The position numbers and the translations under genes are program-made. Below, one piece after another: positions 40,614 through 48,732 of a stretch of DNA of 48,732 bases. Source of the DNA: Macrostomum lignano (lineage: Eukaryota); contig NIVC01004358.1 in assembly GCA_002269645.1 (NCBI GenBank), positions 1 through 48,732 of the forward strand, written 5' to 3'. The notes below the pieces were generated by a model. The model was given only the letters and a program-made list of their open reading frames with translations, was not told where the DNA came from and did not search any database. Within the stretch, counting starts at the first letter, position 1; every line of letters begins with the position of its first letter.

Positions 40614-43600
40614 TCAATTAGCAGCGAACCTGCTGTTATCCAAGCAGGTGGACAGACTAAACAGTCGCAATCGATTTTCAACATTCTGATCGGTCTCGTC
40701 TTCGCTGTAAGTTGACGAACTGGACGAACTGGCGTCAGCTAGCATTGAACGGATGTGGCGCTGGCCGGAACAGGTGGCCAGAACCGGACAGGTGGGACTG
40801 AGCGACACCGTGTTGCAAGCGTCGGCGTGCGCCTGCCATTCGGCGCAATAGTTGATCTCGCAATTGGTCGGCGCTGGCGGAGTCTTCAAATCGAATACCC
40901 GAACTCGGCCAGTGTAGCAGGGGCTGAGCAGGTAGCGGCCGCCCGGATCCAGATCGAACTGCAGCCGCTGATTGGTGGCCACAACCCGGCGCATTGTGGC
41001 CAGGATCACTCCGGGACGCCGGACATCCCAGCAGTGAATCTCGGGATCTTTGCGGCCGCCGCTGTATAGCAGATTGCCGCACGGCGAGAACTGCAGCTGG
41101 GTGACGCCGCCGAGCTGCGTGTGCGAGCGACACCAGAGCGATAGTGTTTGAGCATCGCATTGTGTCTTTCCGAATCCGGAATCCTTTTCCCTATTTTTCT
41201 GCCTAGATCCGCAAATTTGTTTAATTCTTTTGTTAAGATATCTATACTTAAACTCCAGTTTCATTTTTCTAGCCCTAGATCCAGATTCCAGATCCTCGAA
41301 TTCAAATATCAAATTTCCCATTCCAGATCCTCAAATCCCATTTCCCATTCCAGATCCTCAAATCCCATTTCCCATTCCAGATCCTCAAATCTCATTTCCG
41401 ATTCCAGATCCTCAAATCCCATTTCCCATTCCAGATCCTCAAATCCCATTTCCCATTCCAGATCCTCAAATCTCATTTCCGATTCCAGATCCTCAAATCC
41501 GATTTCCCATTTCAGATCCTCAAATCCGATTTCCCATTGCAAATCATGAAATTTCATTTCATTACAGATCCTCAAATCCCATTGGCATTTCCCATTCCAG
41601 ATCTTCAAATCCCATTCCAGATCCTCAAATCCCATTTCCCATTCCAGATCCTCAAATCCCATTTCCCATTCCAGATCCTCAAATCTCATTTCCGATTCCA
41701 GATCCTCAAATCCGATTTCCCATTTCAGATCCTCAAATCCGATTTCCCATTGCAAATCATGAAATTTCATTTCATTACAGATCCTCAAATCCCATTGGCA
41801 TTTCCCATTCCAGATCTTCAAATCCCATTCCAGATCCTCAAATCCCATTTCCCATTCCAGATCCTCAAATCCCATTTCCCATTCCAGATCCTCAAATCCC
41901 ATTTCCCATTCCAGATCCTCAAATCCGATTTCTCATTTCAGATCCTCAAATCCGATTTCCCATTGCAAATCATGAAATTTCATTTCATTACAGATCCCGA
42001 AATCCCATTGGAATTTCCAATTCCAGATCTTCAAATCCCATTTCAGATCCTCAAATCCCATTTCCCATTCCAGATCCTCAAATCCCATTTCCCATTCCAG
42101 ATCTTCAAATCCCATTTTCCATTCCACATCTTCAAATCCCATTTTCCATTCCACATCCTCAAATCCCATTTCCCAATTCAGATCCTTAAATCCAATTTCC
42201 CGATTCTTCTCTCCAGATCCCAAAATTCTAAAATCCTCAATTTTCTGATCCCTACCCCAGTGACCATAGAAATCCCCATTGGATTCGATCCCCGCACTGA
42301 CCTGGCCCCGCATGCAGGCCAGCATAGAGCCGGGCTCGGCAAACAGGCACACGGTGCGGTTGTAGCTGCCGCAGGCGTACACCCCAGGCCTGGCAGGGGT
42401 GCAGGCCAGAGCGGCGATGATGCCGCCTTGGCTTGGCTTCACACCGATCCGAGGCCGCCGCTCCGACTGCTTGCCCGGGCGGTGGATGTCGAACACGCGC
42501 AAATGTCGCTCGAAGCCGCAGTAGAGCCGACTACCGTCGGGGCTGAACGCCAGGCTGTAGGGCGCCTGGAGTGGGTCAGTTTTTAGGGAGAATAGTATCT
42601 GCTATGAGAGCTCATACGCTATGACTCCTATGAGATCTCACCATACGCGGTGGGAACTCACTCAAATGCCATGAGATCTCACCATACGCGGTGGGAACTC
42701 ATTAAAATGCAATGAGATCTCACCATACGCGGTGGGAACTCACTCAAATGCTATGAGATCTTATCATACGCTATGGTATCTTCTTCAATTTCATTACATT
42801 AGATCTTACCTGATGTCATGAGATCTCAGCCTGTGCCGAGATCTCAACCATATAACAATATATTGGTTTGCGTCCGACACGAATACCGTAAGATCCTTAG
42901 AAAAAGAAATGGAATCACCCATGCCATGAGATCCCATCATAAGCTACGAGATCTTATTCTATGCCACAGAATCAGGGACCCAATTCCATAGAGATCTCTC
43001 ACCCTATGCAGAATCTCACCTGCAGCTCGTCCAGATGATTATAAGGCGCATACTGCGCCCTCTGCTGGCCAGTGAAGGCGTCCACAGTCGGACAGGATTG
43101 TCTCTGGAGCAAGCGGCGAAACAGCAGGTGTCCGGATCGGCCGAATTCATGCTGGGATACCTGCGATTGTTGGGCGCATTGGCGGATAAAGGGGGCTCGA
43201 TGGTGTTGTAAGCAGTCAAAGTTTTCAGAGGCAATTTTCTGGGAAAGCGATTCTCTGAGGGGGGGGCGATTCTCTGAGGGGGGGCGATTCTCTGGGGGGG
43301 GGGCGATTCTCTGAGGGGGGGGCGATTCTCTGAGGGGGGGGGCGATTCTCTGAGGGGAGGGGGCGATTCTCTGAGGGGGGGGGGCGATTCTCTGAGGGGG
43401 AGGGGGCGATTCTCTGAGGGGGAGGGGGCGATTCTCTGAGGGGGAGGGGGCGATTCTCTGAGGGGGGGGCGATTCTTTGCAGGGCGATTCTCTGAGAGGG
43501 CGAGAATCTGAGGGGAGGGCGATTCTTAAGAGGTGATTTTCTGAAGGTGGGGGCGATTCTTCGAAAAATATTCAAGATTCAATTTATTGAGAAGCGATTC

Positions 43601-46600
43601 TTTTAGAGGCGATTATTAAACGATTATTTCAGGGGTAATTCTTCCGTTGCAGATTTGTCAAACCTACCAGCACATATCGTAGATCAGATCAGACTCGGGC
43701 ATGTTCAGCACAGGCTGCCAGCCACCTTCAGCAGCTTCGGATTCGTTCAATCGCGGCATATTAAACAGTCGAAGCTGATTATCTGCCGAATTTGTCAACA
43801 GGCAGAGCCCATCGGGAGAGAATTTACAGCCACGAAAGTAGTTGCTATCGCGAACCAGAGTGAATGCTGACAGCTCGGCTGGGGGCCGCGAGCTGCTGGG
43901 GTTCAACGAGTTGTATAGAGCGCGGAGCTCGTCCGCTGCTGATACACCGACTGTGGCAGCGTCATCCGCCCCTGCAGTCCTCTGGGCGGCGTCATCCGCC
44001 CCTGCAGTCCTCTGGGCGGCGTCATCCGCCCTGCAGTCCTCTGGGCGGCGTCATCCGCCCCTGCAGTCCTCTGGGCGGCGTCATCCGCCCCTGCAGTCCT
44101 CTGGGCGGCGTCATCCGCCCCAAAGTCCTCTGGGCGGCGTCATCCGCCCCTGCAGTCCTCTGGGCGGCGTCATCCGCCCCTGCAGTCCTCTGGGCGGCGT
44201 CATCCGCCCCCAAAGTCCTCTGGGCGGCGTCATCCGCCCCTAAAGTCCTCTGGGCGGCGTCATCCGCCCCCAAAGTCCTCTGGGCGGCGTCATCCGCCTC
44301 CAAAGTCCTCTGGGCGGCGTCATCCGCCCCAAAGTCCTCTGGGCGGCGTCATCCGCCCCTGCAGTCATCTGGGCGGCGTCATCCGCCCCCAAAGTCCTCT
44401 GGGCGGCGTCATCCGCCCCGAAGCCAGCTGTTCTTCAACCGCCGCGGCATCCAAAGACGCGAACGCCTCCAATGACACGGCAGCCGCAGCGGCTACTGTT
44501 GAATCAATTCTGGCGAGTTTCACCGACGGGGTTGACGGATCTTGGGCGTCGGCGGCGGCCCAGTCCCAGCTGAGCTCCCAGTCTCTGGGGAATTCAGTGT
44601 GTGCGAGAAACCATTTTAAAGGTGGGGATGGGAGATTCTTGGGGTTGGGATGGGAGATTCTTGAGGTTGGGGATGGGAGATTCTTGAGGTGAGATGAGAG
44701 ATTCTTGAGGTGGGGTTGGAGATTCTTGGGGTTGGGATGGGAGATTCTTGAGGTGGGGTTGGAGATTCTTGGGGTGAGATGGAAGATTCTTGGGGTGTGG
44801 TGGGAAATTCTTGGAGTGTGGTGGGAGATTCTTGAGGTTGGGAATGGGAGATTCTTGAGGTTGGGGATGGGAGATTCTTAGGGTGTGGTGGGAGATTCTT
44901 GAGGTTGGGGATGGGAGATTCTTAGGGTGTGGTGGGAGATTCTTGAGGTTGGGAATGGGAGATTCTTGAGGTTGGGGATGGGAGATTCTTAGGTTGGGAA
45001 TGGGAGATTCTTGAGGTTGGGGATGGGAGATTCTTGAGGTTGGGGATGGGAGATTCTTAGGGTGTGGTGGGAGATTCTTGAGGTTGGGAATGGGAGATTC
45101 TTGAGGTTGGGGATGGGAGATTCTTAGGGTGTGGTGGGAGATTCTTGAGGTTGGGAATGGGAGATTCTTGAGGTTGGGATGGGAGATTCTTGAGGTTGGG
45201 AATGGGAGATTCTTGAGGTTGGGGATGGGAGATTCTTGAGGTTGGGAATGGGAGATTCTTGAGGTTGGGAATGGGAGATTCTTGAGGTTGGGAATGGGAG
45301 ATTCTTGAGGTTGGGGATGGAGATTCTTGAGGTTGGGAATGGGAGATTCTTGAGGTTGGGGATGGGAGATTCTTGAGGTTGGGAATAGGAGATTCTTGAG
45401 GTTGGGAATGGGAGATTCTTGAGGTTGGGAATGGGAGATTCTTGAGGTTGGGGATGGGAGATTCTTGAGGTTGGGAATGGGAGATTCTTGAGATTGGGGA
45501 TGGGAGATTCTTAGGGTGTGGTGGGAGATTCTTGAGGTTGGGAATGGGAGATTCTTGAGGTTGGGGATGGGAGATTCTTGAGGTTGGGAATGGGAGATTC
45601 TTGAGGTTGGGATGGGAGATTCTTGAGGTTGGAATGGGAGATTCTTGAGGTTGGGGATGGGAGATTCTATAGGTGGGGTTGGAGATTCTTGGGTTGGGAT
45701 GGGAGATTCTTGAGGTTGGGGATGGAGATTCTTGAGGTGGGAATGGGAGATTCTTGAGGTTGGGGATGGGAGATTCTTGAGGTTGGGAATGGGAGATTCT
45801 TGAGGTTGGGGATGGGAGATTCTTGAGGTTGGAATAGGAGATTCTTGAGGTTGGGGATGGAGATTCTTGAGGTGGGGTTGGAGATTCTTGGGTTGGGATG
45901 GGAGATTCTTGGGGTTGGATGGGAGATTCTTGAGGTTGGGGATGGGAGATTCTTGAGGTGGGATTGGAGATTCTTGAGGTGAGATGAGAGATTCTTGAGG
46001 TGGGGTTGGAGATTCTTGGGGTGAGATGGAAGATTCTTGGGGTGTGGTGGGAGATTCTTGAGGTTGGGGATGGGAGATTCTTGAGTTGGGGTTGGAGATT
46101 CTTGAGGTGAGATGAGAGATTCTTGAGGTGGGGTTGGAGATTCTTGGGGTGAGATGGAAGATTCTTGGGGTGTGGTGGGAGATTCTTGGAGTGAGATGGG
46201 AGCTTCTTGGGTGTGGTGGGAGATTCTTGAGTGAGATGGGAGCTTCTTGGGTGTGGTGGGAGATTCTTGGAGTGAGATGGGAGCTTTTTGGGGTGTGGTG
46301 GGAGATTCCTGCGGTGAGATAAGAGATTCTTGGGTTGGGGATGGGAGATTCTTGGGTTGGGGATGGGAGATTCTGGGGTTGGGGATGGGAGATTCTTGGG
46401 TGTGGTGGGAGATTCTTGAGGTGAGATGGGCTTGATTCTCTGCGCTAGAAGCCATTAATGAGCCCTCAAAACAATCCAGAGACCAGCTCACTTTTCACTA
46501 AGTTGGCTAGACTCCTGTCTACTTCTAATAGAAGCAATTGGAGCAGCAGCAGTCCCTTCAGCACCGTGATCAACGTTCATCAGCTGCATTTTGGACCGAC

Positions 46601-46733
46601 AGACCGAGGGCCATCGCGGAACTACTCGAATCTTCTCTTCCTCTAGTAGCAGCAAGGCCGCCAATTCTCGCAACCTTCGGTACGGCCAGGTAATGCGAAA
46701 CAAATATGGGCGATTTCGATCGCTCTTCATCAT
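40614..46733 (-). CDS. WRAP53: WRAP53/TCAB1 (WDR79) WD40 protein. Exons: 46492..46733, 43668..44584, 43020..43160, 42302..42565, 40614..41114, with several 1-bp deletions in G runs
   Basis: NYFRGCKFSPDGLCLLTNSADN, IYDMCW-YP, SRDNPVRLW(DAFTG), PYSLAFSPDG, YACGSY, GGVTQLQFSPCGNLLYSGGRKD, TNQRLQFDLDP. GT-AG junctions are phase-consistent once indels are corrected. The extent of exon 1 is uncertain. Confidence 0.88.
41315..42200. repeat. 27-bp repeat CCCATTCCAGATCCTCAAATCCCATTT with a 213-bp higher-order unit, 3 copies
   Basis: Marker GCAAATCATGAAATTTC recurs at 41539, 41752 and 41965. Confidence 0.92.
42629..42770. repeat. 41-bp repeat ATGAGATCTCACCATACGCGGTGGGAACTCACTCAAATGCC, about 3 copies
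   Basis: Direct. Confidence 0.85.
43245..43615. repeat. G-run repeat GGGGGGCGATTCTCTGAGG in WRAP53 intron 2
   Basis: Direct periodicity with variable G-tract length. Confidence 0.88.
43960..44420 (-). repeat. 30-bp minisatellite inside WRAP53 exon 2 encoding ADDAAQRT(A/L)G, about 15-16 copies
   Basis: Flanks are open in the WRAP53 frame. Four 29-bp units each lack one C/G, and restoring them gives the correct exon length. Confidence 0.75.
44620..46435. repeat. About 23-bp G-rich minisatellite GGGAGATTCTTGAGGTTGGGAAT filling WRAP53 intron 1
   Basis: Direct periodicity. Confidence 0.93.
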
Positions 46734-46919
46734 CCGGGATTTCCGCCGCGGCAGCCCCCTCCTGAGGCGGACTTTATCGGCCTGCGAGTTGCAACAAACA
46801 ATTGCGTTTTTTACGTAGTTTGAATGCCGCCAGGCTACTATGAGGAGGCGATGTGGCTAATAAAAGATTGTCTCATTTAAGCTTTCTGATGTTTGCAAGC
46901 GTTTTCAGCATATTTGTGA

Positions 46920-47050
46920 TTAACCCTAGCAATGCCCCCCAGTCGGTGTCTAACTCTTAGCAATACCCAGTCAGTGTCTAACCCTTAGCAATACCCCTCA
47001 GTCAGTGTCTAGCCTTAGCAATACCTCTCATTCAGCGTCTAACCCTAGCT
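46920..47050. repeat. Degenerate about 35-bp repeat TAACCCT(T)AGCAATACCC...CAGTCAGTGTC, about 4 copies
   Basis: Direct. Confidence 0.65.
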
Positions 47051-48185
47051 CTGTCACCTTAAATATACCTGGAAACGCAGATAAAAAAGCAAGCAAAGAC
47101 CGGCACTAAGCAAACATATTCCTGTAAACATGAAGCAGGCAACTTGCAAGTATTAACTATATATTAATTAATAACGTTTTATATTTAGATGCTTATAGTA
47201 CTATTAAGATTTTCCCAAAAACTATAATTGTTGGGTTGAAGCACAAGGATTTGGTAGATTAACAGAATTAATTGTATCGTATAAGGTTCGTATCTATTAT
47301 AGAAGTGTTTTCACTGTTGAAAATATTATAATTTGATATAGGACTACTAGCCATCTACACGCTTGTGTTACAAATACACAAGGGTTACACGCATGTTAAA
47401 TGCAATTATAGCAATGAAGTTACTCTTCAGAAGAACAGTTTGGAAAAGGAAAGTTTTTTTAATAATATTTCAGAGAGTTTTTGCCGCCCATGCAAAGTTT
47501 ATTTCGGAAAGAAAATGAATCATAGGAACAATTAAGTATTCTATCCACTAATGCCAATTTGAAGCATTTAACGATCAATCTTGTTATCCTAATAAGATAA
47601 CTATCTCATCTAATCATACCACATTTACCTGGCCAATTATGCCATAAATTTACTTGGCCAATTCTATTACCTTTACCTGACCAATTATCAATTATCTCAC
47701 ATTTGCCTAATCAATTTCTATTACCTGACCAATTATATATCTCACCTTACCTACCTAACCATTATCTAATTTACCAAATTATCCTAAATGCACCTAACCA
47801 GTTATGTCACATATATCAGACGAATTAGTCCACACATTTCTGAATAATCGTCCAATTATTGATCATGAATGTGAGTGCTGATCCCACATCCCCGCGATTA
47901 CAAAGCAAATATTATTAGCAAAATTATCGGTGATTCATAAACAAATATTAGGGATATTGGAGCACTTTAAACTCAAAAAATGCGACGATTGCATAAAAAA
48001 GCAGGAAGAAATAAAACAAATAAACCGGGGTACTGATACTGATAACAAACTCAAAGCAAATTTCCAAGAGATGACAAATCAAATTATTAGGTATTAACAC
48101 GGAACAGATGGTTAATGAGCAACCTGTGACCTCACTGGCCAATGGATACTGAAGGTCAATTATTGTCCAAATATAGCCTTTTCCA

Positions 48186-48732
48186 TCATTCTTCAGCACC
48201 AACAGACCGAACTGTATATAGAGGCCAGTCCTCTTCATCCTCATCAATACCAACAATTAGGAAAGCGTTTAATCGCATTGATGTCGCCGTTCGCTCCATT
48301 CTCTCAGCCTGCTCAGACTCGAACTGACACCTTGCAAGCCAGAGCGGGCAGAGCTGACAGCTGCAGAGCTTCAGGCATCGCTTGAAACAGTTCAACATCG
48401 GCGTCAGCAACCGCCGAGCCTTCGTCAATCAGTAACAACACCCGCCGATTTGCCGTGCTCATCGATAGATTCAATTTGAGTCCGACGCAATTGCATACTA
48501 CTGTCGTCAGTAGCATCAGTAGCAGGCGAACGCATCAGAGCTCGGTGCTTTACTACTCAAACGCTGAAATCAAGTCTGGCACCATCTTCCCGCTCACCAG
48601 CGGCTTTAGCCAGAGCCTCGGCTAAGCAACCAGTTCGAGCTTCCACCGCGGGCTGAATCTTCCCGTCTGACGTAAAACACTGCATCATCATAGCTTTCAT
48701 CGTTTTCATTGACCCTAGGAGCAATGCAACCA
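48186..48732 (-). other. Possible degenerate or frameshifted Tudor-like coding segment running off the window edge
   Basis: Joining adjacent frames gives RRTQIESIDEHGKSA-VLLLIDEG...LSALPALA, reminiscent of extended Tudor domains. This needs at least 2 frameshifts. Confidence 0.3.

Noticed and set aside
46920-47050. Telomere-like TAACCCT motifs next to the telomerase cofactor gene
   Set aside because: Isolated 6-7 bp matches inside a 35-bp unit, not (TTAGGG)n; likely coincidence.

Overview
This is eukaryotic (invertebrate) genomic DNA with GC-rich exons and canonical GT-AG introns. Almost every long intron is filled with its own minisatellite. The style and gene content suggest a flatworm such as Macrostomum, but that assignment is inference only. 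Seven genes can be reconstructed exon by exon with consistent splice phases: (-) a PP1-like PPP phosphatase lacking nearly all catalytic residues; (-) a Neto/SOL-2-like CUB-CUB-LDLa-TM protein with 8 coding exons over 16 kb; (-) a UspA-type universal stress protein; (+) a G-protein gamma subunit; (-) a cathepsin O-like protease; (+) an intronless CPEB1-like gene; (-) WRAP53/TCAB1. A possible frameshifted Tudor-like fragment sits at the right edge. Mobile elements are a tRNA-derived SINE with a 9-bp TSD and a composite non-autonomous hAT element with 12-bp TIRs and an 8-bp TSD, both in cathepsin introns. Four genes carry 1-bp homopolymer indels that most likely are long-read assembly errors. 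The most interesting signals are the intact pseudophosphatase, six unrelated arrays converging on an E2F-like TTTGGCGC core near gene 5' ends, an array made of 5' splice sites on both strands, a palindromic E-box/CLEAR array, a coding minisatellite in WRAP53, and the composite hAT element. Array boundaries are approximate.
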